From the NCBI GenBank assembly GCA_028534125.1, contig CM052817.1, positions 57,848,001 to 57,912,000 of the forward strand: a DNA stretch of 64,000 nucleotides, in the 5' to 3' direction. The number at the start of each line of letters is the position of its first letter. Position 1 is the stretch's first letter. This document shows positions 13,095 through 25,949 of this stretch, piece after piece. The notes beneath the pieces were generated by a model that worked only from the letters and a program-made list of their open reading frames with translations, searched no databases and had not been told where the DNA came from. The translations under genes and the position numbers were made by a program. The stretch comes from Lama glama. Lineage: Eukaryota.

Positions 13095-13335
13095 CTGTAG
13101 TCGAATTGCCAGTCCCCGTCCCTCGCACGAGAGGATCCGAGGGAAAAAGACAGAAGGTCAGAAGGGAAGGCGGGGAGAGAGCGCCAAGGATGCTAAAGGC
13201 AAGGCTCGGTCCCAGGGTCTGTTCTAAAGCCAGCACACACCTCACCCCGCGTCTCTGCGCTCGGTCTCTCGCCCCCTCTCCCGGGTCCCCTTCTCGTCGT
13301 GGTCCTCCTCCTCCTCTTCCTCCTCCTTCTCCTCG
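13095..13335 (-). other. SNCA: SNCA main non-coding first exon region with donors at 13241 and 13095; 5' start approximate
   Basis: GGA-rich leader (aggagaaggaggagg...), donor gcggggtgag|gtgtgt at 13241/13240 and donor ggcaattcgactacag|gttcgc at 13095/13094; both resemble recalled human exon 1 ends. Confidence 0.8.
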
Positions 13336-14339
13336 GCTCACCGCCCCCGCAGCTGATTTGTCAGCGCCTCTCCCCGCCCCTCTCCCGGCGCTCGCTGCTT
13401 TCCCCGCCGCGTGCGCTTCACTCCTCTCCTCGGATGGGGGTGGGGGTGGGGGAAGGCTGTACCTCCAGCTTCAGCCGCCCGCCTGGTCCTGGGGGCCGGG
13501 TAGGTGGGATGTTCTTCACTTCACCTCAAGTTCAGGGTCACAGGGGCTCTTCTGGAGATTCAAAGCTGTTATGCTTGGGCTGCCGTCTCGCCCTTTTCCC
13601 ATCCACCCTCCTTCCCTGTCTCCGCCTTTCCCTCTGGTTCCTCAAGGGGAGCCCCACGTCAGAGCCAGCCTGGGGAAGTGGGACCACCGAAGATAGAACC
13701 AATCTGTCTGGGAGCTGCTGAAGAAGCCAGGCGGCTTAGGAAGTGTGCTCACAGAGCACGTTTCTCTCGGAACGTTGAAATGTGATTAAGGGTCGTAGAA
13801 CACAACGTTAAGGATGCTTTTGTTTAAATATCCTTCAGATTTGCGTTTGCTCCTAACCTCTGATGAGCCCGAAATGGTCTCACAGGTGGAGAGGAGACTA
13901 GTAAAGAAGAGTTACAGGTTGAGGAGGCAGGAGGCTCGTCAAATCCTCTTCCCACCCCACTATCACCATTTTCTTTTCCACCAATCAGCGGCTGCCAGAC
14001 GCTGACTTTCACATCAGTGGAACAAGAAATAAATATCCCCCAGCCGTCGAAACCAAGCGGCTGTAAGCTTTTCGATCTCAGAATGGAATTTACTTTCCAG
14101 AATCACGTGCCTGGATGGAAGAGACAAATCCACCGCGATTTATTCTCCTGAACTATCATTTGCAATTTCTCCTCCGTCCCCTTCTGAAAAGGGAAATTCT
14201 ACACACCATTCACCTTTCTGACTTCTGATTTACGTTGTCCTTAGCGCTGACACGGCACCCCATCCCACACACGGACACACAAACAAGCTCGTAGGCTTCA
14301 AGACAACCCCCCTCCCCGCTTTGCTTAATACAGTTTCAC

Positions 14340-14386
14340 CTTTCAGAGCTGGAGGGAAAACAGCTGTTCCTGGATCACACCAGAAT
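14340..14386 (-). other. SNCA: SNCA distal alternative non-coding first exon
   Basis: Reverse complement ATTCTGGTGTGATCCAGGAACAGCTGTTTTCCCTCCAGCTCTGAAAG|gtgaaa, near-identical to a recalled human distal SNCA first exon. Confidence 0.75.
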
Positions 14387-14829
14387 GGAGAACCAAGCTC
14401 CTCCCCTAACAGAATGCCTGTGCTTTCTTTGCCTGGAATGGAAGGATGCTTTTAGAACTGGAAGGGAAAAACAAATCTTTGCTGTATTTTGTTTTGTGTT
14501 TATTCTTGTAAGAAAAAAATTCTTTTTCTGATCCTTGCATACACATTCTGAAATGTGAGCAAAACGCAGCATATATCTACAGAACAATTTTGAAGCCAAA
14601 GGAGATGAGAAGCAAGTATATATATTCCTTAAACAACAACTCACACTATTCGTCTACCCTTTCTAAAAGTAGCCTTTCCAAAACGCTCGTATTTTGTTTC
14701 CTTGGGATCAGAGACAGTAGGTTAAACATGGCAATTGGTTTGCTTTCTGGTTTTGAGAGCTTGAACAAGTTATGTCCTTCTGTTCAGTTTTCTCTTGTAA
14801 AGGGAGATAAACCAAGATGATTTCTCTCC

Positions 14830-15470
14830 TTTCAACTTTTTATTATGGAAAATGTTCAAACATACACAAAGATAGAGAAAATAAAGAACTGTCAATGGAG
14901 TATCACCCAATTGCACCATTTTCCAATGCATCATCAATCAGGTTTCATCTATTTTCTCATCCACTCATTTTTTTTTAATCACTATGCTCTTCCCTCAGTT
15001 TTTTTTTTCACTAAATCTCAAGAATTGCATATATCTTTTCATCTGTAAATATTTAGGAATGCATCCATAAAAATGTGAGAACTATTTAAAAATAAACACA
15101 ATAATGCTTAGATGTGCTTTTTTTCTTAATTAAAATTTATATGGAGTGATATCTTCAGATCTTAACTGTTCCTTTAAATCAGTTTTGAAAAATACATGCA
15201 TTAGTGTAATCCACACAATTTTGAAGAAATAAAACATTTTCATCACCCCAGGAAGTCCCCTTGTGCCCTTTTTAGTTGTTCATATTCTAGAATTTCATAA
15301 AAAGAAAACCATGTACAGTGTGAACTATTTTTTGTATCTAACTGGCTTCTTTCACTCAGCCTAATATTTGTGAAATTCATTCATGTTGTTGCATGAATCA
15401 GTATTGTTTCTTTTTATTGCTTTCGATTGTTTCTTTTTATTACTGCATTTGATAAATGTTTTCCATTGTA
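14830..15470 (-). mobile_element. Ancient L1M (L1MC/ME-type) 3' fragments
   Basis: ttttattatggaaaatgttcaaacatacacaaag and tggcttctttcactcagc...attcattcatgttgttgcatg are reverse-strand L1M 3'UTR motifs. Confidence 0.7.
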
Positions 15471-15669
15471 ACCCATCACAGCTATTTAATATAAATATTT
15501 AATATTCAATTGTGTGACATATTTATAGTTTAACAGGGACCTCCTGGAAAAGTCAAAGGGGTGAATGAAGTGACAGATACTTTAGATCCTGTGGCAGACC
15601 AAGGAGAGAATTATTTTGGAGTGGTTGTTACATTTTTGTGCTTCTTATAAAATAGCATGATTTCACAGC

Positions 15670-15860
15670 TTTATATGCTTGGCAAAGGACTAATGTACTG
15701 TATCATGTAATCATAACAAGAGGGTAAGTTAAGTTTTATTTTGTACCTTTTATAGATAGGAAATCTGACACTCAAAAGAATTCTGGTAAAATGCAAACAT
15801 GTCCTAGCTCTTAAGTGACAGAGCTGAGAAAATCCAGCAAGAACTGTTACAAAAAGCACA
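15670..15860 (-). mobile_element. MIR SINE
   Basis: ttttatagataggaaatctgac...ctagctcttaagtgacagagctgag. Confidence 0.55.
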
Positions 15861-17059
15861 ATTATCTTCTGAATCGGCAGTACTCTATGGAAATTTAGAG
15901 AATGGGCATGAGAGAGGGGAGGAGGAAAAAGTGGGACCCAGTGCTGTTAGATATGACCTTTGAATTTCGATGTGACAATGGAAATCAAGGAGAACTTAGG
16001 TCCCAAAGCATCACATTCACATCTGAAATTTTGCCATTTCTATATTGGTAATTATCTGTAGGGGAAGATGATTTCCCATCACCCACATAAAAAAAAAGAA
16101 AATTGTAAAGTAATTTTGTTTCATTTATAAGACTATGTTTTATTCCTGTTTTCATCCTTCAAAGTCCCTTGAACAAAGTAAGCATTCAATAAACTTATAA
16201 TTGCTGGGAATGGCAATAGTGACATTGCTTATGTTCCACCTACAGTCTCTCTCAGCTCAGTGTTCCCATGGAGGCAGAACTACTCCAGGACAAAGAATGG
16301 AACTGGAAGTTAAGAACTTTTTTTTTTTTTCATCATTCAGTTGACAGCAGAGCCTTGAGTAAATGTTTAACTGTTTGAATATAACTTTAAACTTTAAACT
16401 AAAAAAACCCAATAACTCATTGAATGGCCTGTACCTCATAAGGAACGTGGAGGAATAGCTTAGTGGGAGGCATTATTAATGTGCATGTTTCGTTAATGAC
16501 TACATTCATGTTTGATTTTCTCTTTGATAAATGAAAAATAAATATTTTGCCACTTTTTAATAGGATGGTTTATCTGCATTTAATACAGTCATTTAGCTAA
16601 AGATAAACATCCTATGAAAGGCACGATTAACCTAAACTTTCTTTGTCTTCCCCATAAAACAACTGACTTTTTTAGGTGTGCCATGTGAGGAAAGTATAAT
16701 CTCCACCATCTTTGCATAATAGTGTGTATTTGTTGTGAACACAAGGAGTAATGGAATGTTGATTCTTGGGCCGATTATTTCTTATTCCCTGTCTGCACTT
16801 TCCTCTCATCTTCTGCAGATGTATGAAAACATGAGGTAGCCAGATCTTGGTAGACTCACCTCTCCTGTAATTTCATAATGCATACAGCTGGGAACGCATT
16901 GTCTATGATTTTGGAAAGGGGGTGAGCTTGAAACAGGGCAGTAGGGTTACTCCAAAGAGATATGAAGGACAATAAAGAGGACTTCAGAGTCCAAAGAAGA
17001 TTATTCAATTTGACCCTGTGGACAGTTTCATGTTGTTTCTATAATACCATAGGCAGCAA

Positions 17060-17087
17060 AATAAATAATAATAATAATAATAATAAT
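17060..17087 (+). repeat. (AAT)n microsatellite
   Basis: aataataataataataataataata. Confidence 0.9.
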
Positions 17088-17399
17088 AGACATTCATTCC
17101 AGCACAATGTAATTTATCATATTTATTAATACAATAGTGAATCCTCAGCAATGTAGAGTGACCACAAATTGTGACTACAAGAATTTTACATGTGAAATAT
17201 GTAGAATTCAACTGATATCATTTTAAATATCTGTGGTTTTTGATGCTAAGAATATGAAGATATTCAAAAACCCAGGATTAAAGACTTTAAAGCCAAATAG
17301 AAAGATACTTAAATATTTGGGATCTAAAAGTTCAAATAAACTTAGTATTAGAAGGAAAAACGTTTTTATGAGCTCAAGAAATACACCAAACACTGGTGA

Positions 17400-17630
17400 G
17401 CATAGTAGACTTCTGAGAATAGAGGTCCTGGGTACAAGTTAAAAGCAGAGACTTATCAAGGTTCTTACTACTTGGTAGCAGGACTGAGAGCAAGTATCCA
17501 AACTCTCTAATCTCAATTTTCTTATCTGTAAAATGAGGATGATATTTTACTTGTGTGATTATTGTAAGGAATAAATAATCTGCTTCTTAGCAATGAGCCA
17601 AGCATGGTGGAATCTCTCAATGCAAGTAGC
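17400..17630 (+). mobile_element. MIR SINE
   Basis: ctcaattttcttatctgtaaaatgaggat MIR core. Confidence 0.7.
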
Positions 17631-19418
17631 CATTACTCTTTCCGAGCCCTCATGTTTTAGGATGCCCTAGGAAACACTATTTTTTTTTTAATTGCAGTAG
17701 TTAACATTATTCCCCGCCCTCCCCAAACTCCTTTCCCATGCACAGCACACATATCTGATACCTCCCCATCAATAACTTTGGCTAACTATGACAAGTAAAA
17801 AATATTCAACCAGGGATGGAAGTTGTGGGGAGATGAGAGTGTGGGAGTCAAGAGACATTAATAGGGGTTATTAACTGAATCGCTGCCAGTATCTCTTCTC
17901 TCTCCTTAATGTATAGATTACAATAACAACATCACTCACAGCAATTTGCTCAGCAGCCTGAAGAAATACAGTAAGAGCAATAAAACTGACATTTGCTGTC
18001 TTTTTGATAGTTTTACATTCTTGGAACCTGGTTTTTTTAACGGTGTGGTAGCAGAGCTCCGTATGAATTATGTTCATTTTCCAAGGGAGAAAAATAAAAT
18101 GATACAACAAATGGTGTTCAGAGTTAGCCGGACTCATTGTGACAGTGGCTCTGAAAGGCTTCAGAGTGAATATCCAATTCAGAGATAAACTCAGCCTCTA
18201 ACGTTCCAGGTGACTGAGGATTGGACAGACTGATAAGGCAGTGACAGATCTACTCATACTTTTCAACAGCATTTGTGTGCAGAAAAGCAGAAAATAAATG
18301 GATGAAAAAACATTTCAGGGGAATTCATAATGTTTTTGTGTGATGTTTTAAACTGAAGTTATAATACCTTTGTAAACAGAGAGATCATAACAAATTAGCA
18401 AAATGAGCATGCTTCTTATAATATCATAATTACCCAAGCGTCTGATATATTTTCCTCGGTAGATAATTTTATAGTTATTAGATGGCATTTAAGAAATTTT
18501 CTTCAACACTCTATAAAAAGCACATCATTAATGTTTTGAAATCTTGTTATCACACCTAAAATTGGAAATGTATATTATTAAGAGATTAAGACAAGGAAAT
18601 GAGAAATTATTTCTTAATGGTTACTTGATAAATACATTAACATCAAAACATATCCATATAAATAAATACGGATTTGTAACATCATTTTGCCTGAAAATGT
18701 TATATTTTATTATGTATTTAATCAATTGTCTATTTTAAAATTATTTTTATTTTTACTTTTTATAAACATAACTTGAATTTTTTCTATTATCTTCTCAAGA
18801 GTAGGACAAGAACTTATCTGTATATTCAGTCTAATCATTTTTCATATATTTTTAAGTATTATGAATGCATTAATTTTAAATCAGCTTCCCCATGTTAAGA
18901 TCAATTGTGCTTTAAATTATAGATTCTTTTCTGGGTTTATTTCTATTTAAATTCCCCTTAACGTATCACCTTAAAACATTGGACTAAATGTTGTTTTTTG
19001 TTTCTGTTTTTGTTTTTAGATCAGGATAAGGAGACACTCCAAGTAATCAGATTACAACAAAGAAGGAATTTTTTTTATAGTACTGGCTATTAAACATTTG
19101 AAAATGGTTAAAAAATAAAGTTGTGTATTTTTATTTAACATTTCCAAAATGTAAAGTGCACAAATAGACCTGTTTAAACAGGTAAATCTCCAATTTCTAC
19201 AGGAAATCTAACTACCTTGTTTCAGATATGTCCTCAAATACATGTGTAGGAAAGAAAAAATAGCATTCAAAAATCTTTGCATAATGGAGTTACCAAAAGG
19301 AAAAACTGATTTATGTGAAAAATCTAACTAATGTTACTCAAATATGTGCAACTGATTTTCAAGTAAGGAAATAATATACATTTACAAGATCATTAAGAGG
19401 TAGGCAAAAGAATATAAT

Positions 19419-19435
19419 ACACACACACACACACA
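19419..19435 (+). repeat. (CA)n microsatellite
   Basis: acacacacacacacaca. Confidence 0.9.
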
Positions 19436-20873
19436 TGCATAAGGCAGATATTATGTACACTAAAGAAAGAATAAATAATATTGAAGCTATTTGCTAAGTC
19501 TTTTCTATATAAAGGGACTTATGTTTAATGTCTTAGTTTATCTGTGTGTGTGTCTATAGCAACAATCAACTAACTGAGAATTCAGTCTTCTTGATCGTCT
19601 TGGATTATGGTCTTAACCTGGAGGGAACATTTAAATAATTAAAAAACACTCTCAAGATATGTTAAAAATCAAATGGATCGCCATGAGAAGATAGGCTGAA
19701 ATGATATTCTATAAATATAACTCTCCTTTATTTTTTTGTTCCGTGAATAGTTTATGCTCATTAAAGTAAATACGTAAAAGAAAAAAGAAAAAAGAAAAAA
19801 CAAATAAAATATCAGTATTCCAGTAACATGAGATGAACTGTTGACTCCCCTATTAAAAATTGGCTTTTCTAAAAGATCATTTAAAAATATGCATCAAAAC
19901 ATTCAACATGCCCATGCTTTTTGGCTGAGCAATTTCACTTCTAGAAACATATCCTAAGAAAATAAGAAGTTATATTCTCAACGAAATGTATGTTTAATGA
20001 TGTTTTATTTAGCTGTAAGAATGCTCCTGCATTTTCCATAAAATGTTTTTACCAATAAAATTTTCCAGATTAAACTTCTGATGAGGAACTTATCTAAGGT
20101 CAATTACTCTTCATATGACACATGACACAACTAGTAAATGATGAGCCATGTTGTCTCCATATTCTCAGTTCACAATGCAGCACCCAGTGCTTGCAGCTGG
20201 CCTTATCCACTTGCTTTCTGCTCTTAAAGAGATAAGGGTTAGCTATACCTACCTAATTAATCAGTGAAAATGGATTGAGTTAATATATGTAAATGACTAT
20301 TATGATGGTATTATATACTAAACTATTATTATGATGGTGAAAGAGCCAATTCTACTTAACTTATAAAGCGTGTTTTAGGAGGAAAACAACCAGATACCCT
20401 AATCAATCATTTTACAGCTCTTTTCCTGAGACAAATGCTGCATGTATAAAATAATGTTTGCAGAAGTAAAGGATGGATTTTACTTCTGGGTATGGAAGAG
20501 CTACTAACTATGAAAAGAAAATGAGGTTATAAAAACTTTTCCAGTTAGGCAAAAACACACCAAAAAAAAAAAAAAAAGTCAAGCATCAAAAAGATTCTTC
20601 CTAGAAGCAAAGAAGAATTGACCCAAGTATATCTTGTACTTATTACTGATTTCTCAAAATAATTTATTTCAAGTCGTTCAATTTTATTGTCTATTAAATT
20701 AAAACTCTTTAAGAAGTGATTGGCATCAAGATGTGAAGCTGAAGGAGGTAAAGTCAGCCATTCACAACACACCCATGGAGTTTGCTATCATATTTTAAAC
20801 TAGAAATCTAAGAAAGTTTTAAAATTTGAAACAAATTAGAGGAGCCAAAATTTAAACCAGAAATAAAAATATT

Positions 20874-21013
20874 GAGGGGCGTTATAGTTCAGTGGTAGAC
20901 AGCATGCTTAGCATACATAAGGTCCTGGGTTCAATCCCTGGTACCTCCATTAAAAAAATAATAATAATAAAAATAAATAAATGAATAAATGAATGAATGA
21001 ATGAATGAATGAA

Positions 21014-21056
<43 letters not shown>

Positions 21057-21067
21057 AAGTTAAAAAG
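20874..21067 (+). mobile_element. tRNA-derived SINE, camelid Vic-1 type, with (AAT)/(GAAT)/(AAAT) tail
   Basis: A box tagttcagtggt, B box ggttcaatccc, body ...cctccattaaa, simple-repeat tail; 11-bp target-site duplication ataaaaatatt at 20863-20873 and 21068-21078. Confidence 0.88.
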
Positions 21068-22359
21068 ATAAAAATATTTAAAAACATTAAAAAAATCTAT
21101 CTGAAACAATTCCCTTCCCTATTATCATTAATGGCAGCTCTGTGAGAATAGCTTCCTTCAAGAGCTATCAGAGTGCATCAGTACCACCAGCTGCATCTTG
21201 GGTGTCCTCAATTGAAATAATCGAAGTGCTTTCAATGTTGTTTGTATATATAGAATATTTAGTTAATGATCACATATGTGTGTATAATTAAGATTTGTTT
21301 AGCATGCATGTATTTAAAATACACTTTTTTCTTTGGCAAGTTTAGAAACTTGACTGAGAATGTCGCAAGTGGCGAGGTTCCCGATTTTGCTACAAAGCAA
21401 GGGATGCATCTTGCAGTGGTACACAGAGACTTATCTGAACATGAGCAGAGGCTCACAGGCATCTTGTATTATGAGGGTCTACAAACGACCTAGCAGAGAG
21501 ACAGAGGAGAGCAGCAGTGAAACCAGGCAAGGGCTTCTCCCCGTCGTAGAGAAGGTCAGCTTCTCAAAGACTGCTCTCCAAGGAGAATCATCTAGACAGA
21601 GTCAATTGTCCCTCTCAGAGAGAGAAGGATGCTCTTTAATTCCTACCCAAACAAAAGAATATTGCAGCACATGTGTTCTATCGATTCTTGCTTATAATAA
21701 CTAGCTGGCAACATCCATGGAATAATTTTACATGGTGTTTTTCTCTAGGAAAGCACCAGGGTTTTGGCCTGGATGACTTACACCCTCATGATCCCTATAA
21801 TCCTACTTCTCAAGATTGCTTCCACATCTTTCTTTTCCCAAGAAAAAAAATGAATTTAACACCTTTCTGAATAGAGCTTAATTGCACAGAAAGAATGTTA
21901 TACCTTTTAGAGCGCTAATTAGAGACAGTAATAATATGACAAGTCTCATCTAAAATCCTTTCGAATTATTCTGTCAGTGTTGGAATGGTGTCGAGCTTCT
22001 GCATGCTTGCCAAATATGCAAATTCACTTTTTTACAGATTTAGAGAAGGCATCAGGAGGAAATTTCCCATTTGTGAATTGTGTATTCTGATTGGACACGT
22101 TGAAACCCTTACTGAAGATAAGGAGCAATACAGAAATTTCTCTGAATGCACAGAGGATAGAGTATAGAAGTGTCCCGTAATTAGGGAGTCTGTCATTTAG
22201 TCAGAATTTTGTCCTTCCCTCTTCTACCTTATTCTTTCTCTCTCTCAGTTTTATCTTTGGATTTCTCATGACTTTTTCTTTCTAAAATATTGGTGTTGAT
22301 TGAAGCAGTAGAAATTCATTTACCAAGGAACTACTGGCTAGTAGAGTTAACATCCCATG

Positions 22360-22747
22360 TGTTCTGGGCTGAATTATGTCCCTCTCAGATTCATATGTTG
22401 AAGTCCTAACCTCCAGCACTTGAGAATATGGCTGTATTTGGAGAGAGCATCTTTAAAGAGGTAATCAAGTTTAAATGAGGTCATTGGCGTAGGACTGATC
22501 CACTATAACTGGTGACCTTATTAGAAGAGGAGATTAGGATACAGACACACACACACAGGGAAGACGCTGTGAGGACACTGGAGGAAGACAGCCATCCACA
22601 AGCCAAAGAGGGAGACCTTTCTGGGAACCAACCCTCTGACACATGGATCTCAGACCTCCAGCCCCAGAATAATGAGAAATACATTTCTGTTATTTCAGCC
22701 CCGCCATCTGTGGTACTTTGTCATGGTAGCCCTAGCTGACTAATACA
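22360..22747 (+). mobile_element. MaLR solo LTR (MLT1A/B-like)
   Basis: TG...CA ends: tgttctgggctgaattatgtccc...ttcatatgttgaagtcctaacc...tctgtggtactttgtcatggtagccctagctgactaataca. Confidence 0.88.
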
Positions 22748-23873
22748 TCAGGGTGCCAGTTCTATTTTCCAGTAAAACTATGTAGCTACACAATGAGTCT
22801 CAGCATCATACTTTCCCCAGGGAATCTGAAGTTTGTAGAACCAGTATCAACCTAGTAGATGACGGGAAGCCAGGTTTTTACCATATACACTAATCCCTTT
22901 GTCTACTCTCTCTTAGTTAAATATGTCAGGGAATAAAATACAGACAATTAGCACCAGTCCCTCTCCTCCTTCATAAGTGCTTGTTTTGTACAGAGGGAGG
23001 AGAACAAAATCTGGGGGCAGAGAACAAAAGCTGGCACTATGAATATTTTAAAATAAACATGTGCCACAAAGATAAAGTTTGGAAGCTTGAATTTAAGGCT
23101 CTAAAATCAGCCTATCCAATATCATATGACTTGTATCATTTCAGCTCTCATTCGTTAAAAACATGGACTGGGGAGGTTAATCTAAAAGTCATTGGTGTAA
23201 TAAACAAAGTTGAGGCCTAAAGAATTTGAATAGCTGAATTACAATCAGGTTCTAAAGAACTGTGTTGTTTGATTTCACTACCCTTATTAGAACCAGCTGG
23301 AAGACCAAAAGCATCCATTAACTCTTAAACTTCCTAACCTATAGGGCTTTCCATTCCAAACTGCCCAGGCAATTCAGTAGAAGGTGTGCATGTTAACTGC
23401 TAAAATAGGGCACAGAAGATAGAGGGTTATCATTTATATTTTAAAGGATTAGTCTTTTAAATGTATTTTGCTGGGCTTTGAAATTCTGATTGTGGACCTT
23501 TGTGTTACTAAATATTCAGTTCAAATCAATGGCTACTTATTGAATAATTGAGGGCCGCCCATTTTATAACATCTTTGGTGCCTGGCATGTGTCCAGAGAA
23601 AACACCCAGGGGGTTCTCAAGCACTTTTTTACCTCTTCTCTCTAGTCTACAGGACTCAGTCTCCGCATGGATCCCACTGCTTCCTCTTGTAGGAAACTGT
23701 CTACCTACCCAAAGGAATCCTGTGGGGACTAGGGTCCTACTTGATCTTGACAGTATTTATCTTGAGAAACTGGCAATTTGCTCCAAAACTTTCTAAAGGC
23801 AGACTGCTGCATTTGTAAAGAGATTTAGACATTATTTTGATTGTGATTCAAATATTATTCAAAAAATTAGTAC

Positions 23874-24678
23874 AGAAATGTAAATCAAAATGAGTTATCA
23901 CCTCACACATGTCAGAATGGCTATCATCAAACTCTACAAATAACAAATATTGGTGAGGTTGTAGAGAAAAGAGGGCCCTTGTGCACCGTGGGTGGGAATG
24001 TAAATTGGTACACCACTACGGAAAACAATGTGGAAGTTCCCCCAAAATAAAAGTATGATTATTGTATAATCCAGTGATTCCACTCCTGGTTACATACCCA
24101 GAAAAAAACATACCAATACTAACAGATACATACACCCCAATGTTTATAGCAGTGCTATTTATAATAGTCAAGATATGAAAACAACCCAAGTGCTCATCAA
24201 CAGATGAATGGATAAAGATGTGGTAGATCTATACAATGAAATATTACCCAGCTATAAAAAGAATAAAATTCTGCCATTTGCAGCAATGTGGGTGGACCTA
24301 GAGAATATTATACTTAGCAAACTATGTCAGAGAAAGACAAAAACTATATGATATCACTTACATGTGGAATCTGAAACAATAATACAAATGAACATATATG
24401 CAAAACAGAAACAGACTTACAGATATAAAAAGAAAACTAGTGGTTACCAGTGGGGAGAGGGCAGAGGGGAGAGGCAAATTAGGTGTATGGGATTAAGAGA
24501 TACAAACCACTATGTATATAATAGATAAACAACAAAGATACATTATATAACATAAGAAATTACAGCAATTATCTTGTAATAACTTTTAATGAAGTATAAT
24601 CTGTAAAGATACTGAATCACTATGCTGTACACTTGAAGTTAACATAATATTGTAAATCAACTATACTTCAATAAAAAA
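23874..24678 (+). mobile_element. 5'-truncated LINE-1 3' end (cetartiodactyl type)
   Basis: ORF2 C-terminal remnant and 3' end actgaatcactatgctgtacac...tgtaaatcaactatacttcaataaaaaa; degenerate flanking duplication aaaaaattagtac / aaaaaattattgc. Confidence 0.9.
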
Positions 24679-25949
24679 TTATTGCATCATCTAGTTTGGC
24701 TATTTGATATTTTCACTAGAATAAGTTTGATTCAGCCATTTTAATTCTTTTTTTAATCCAGTTTTCTACTTTACTGATTTTATTTTTCTTATTCTCTTGT
24801 TAATAAAACAAATTTATCCAGACAGTAAAATTATTTATTTATGTAGGGTGAAGAAACTTATGAAAATAGGAAAGAACAACTTTAAAGAACTCACTCATCT
24901 TTCTCCATTCTTTTCACCTGGATGCTGGATTATTTATTTCCCAGACTCAGTTCTGCAGCTATCAATCCTGGCAAAAACACTTTTCAAAGACAGAGTTATT
25001 GGAAACTCTGAAAAGAAAATGAAAATGTGAGAGCTGCCATCCAGTAGGGTGTAGATTCATAGATCCTTTGGGAAAAATTAGATTTCTCTGATTACTGTGT
25101 TAGTTTTGTACTATAGTCCTCAACTTTCCTATCTTTCCAGCTGCAATAGAATGTGCTTTGTGTTTTTCTGTGTGTACTCGGTGACAAAACTGTAATTCAA
25201 GTGAAACTTTAAAATAAATGCCATGTCATAGGCTGAAAAGAAGCACCAGGAACAGAGATGATTACAGAAGCAGGAACAATTTTTTGCAACATGAAGGGCT
25301 AGTCTCTTCACACACTAAAATCAAATATTTATGTGCCAGAGCAAATCACTGTCACATTTTCCATCACTGGACACAGTAAATAGAGGAGCTTGATTTCAAC
25401 ACTGGGCAGACTCAAGATACAGGATTCTGCTGCATAAACTTATACCATAGGAGGGAATTTATGCAGCAGATAATAATAACAACAATAATAATAATTTATT
25501 AATTATAATAATTTATACTAATAAAACACTTATCATTTTACAGAATCCTAAAACAAAGTATATTTTATTAATGAATATTTGAAGTTTGATAAAAAGTAAT
25601 AATTTACCAGAATTCATGCCAAATACCACTAGATCCTCATATGTGGGTAATCCATTGAACGGATGATGATAATTCAACAGTTCTCTGATTGAATTTAAAT
25701 CAAGATATTTAATATTGAATTGAAAATTATACTAAGATATTAACTTGTTTTCCATGGACACCATATACTCAGTTCTTTGTTGATGGAGTATTACAAATAG
25801 GCATACATTAAATCCATAGATAACTGAATTTGCTGGACAAAACTGATAATGAGAAAGATTTTGCTAAACTTATGAAACGTCATTCTGCCTGTTACAAAAT
25901 TATTGCTGTTAAGTCTAAATCTATTCTTCCTTTCTTTTCTCTTTGGTGC

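Larger units (their letters stand above)
12290..13790. promoter_or_regulatory. SNCA: CpG island covering SNCA promoter, first exons and intron 1
   Basis: Sharp rise in GC and CpG against AT-rich flanks; GC box ccccgcccc 13372-13380; EGR-type cgcccccgc 13342-13350; no obvious TATA box at the main start. Confidence 0.9.

Noticed and set aside
13019..13696. 225-aa plus-strand ORF and overlapping 93-140 aa ORFs over the SNCA promoter
   Set aside because: Low-complexity Pro/Gly/Arg translation expected in stop-poor CpG-island DNA; no recognisable domain; antisense to SNCA first exons.
19411..19435. TA-rich plus (CA)n tract as the Rep1 ortholog
   Set aside because: Flanks do not resemble the recalled Rep1 flanks, which match better at 22891-22930.
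20874..20950. tRNA-like sequence
   Set aside because: Poorly paired stems, simple-repeat tail and target-site duplication show it is a SINE, not a tRNA gene.
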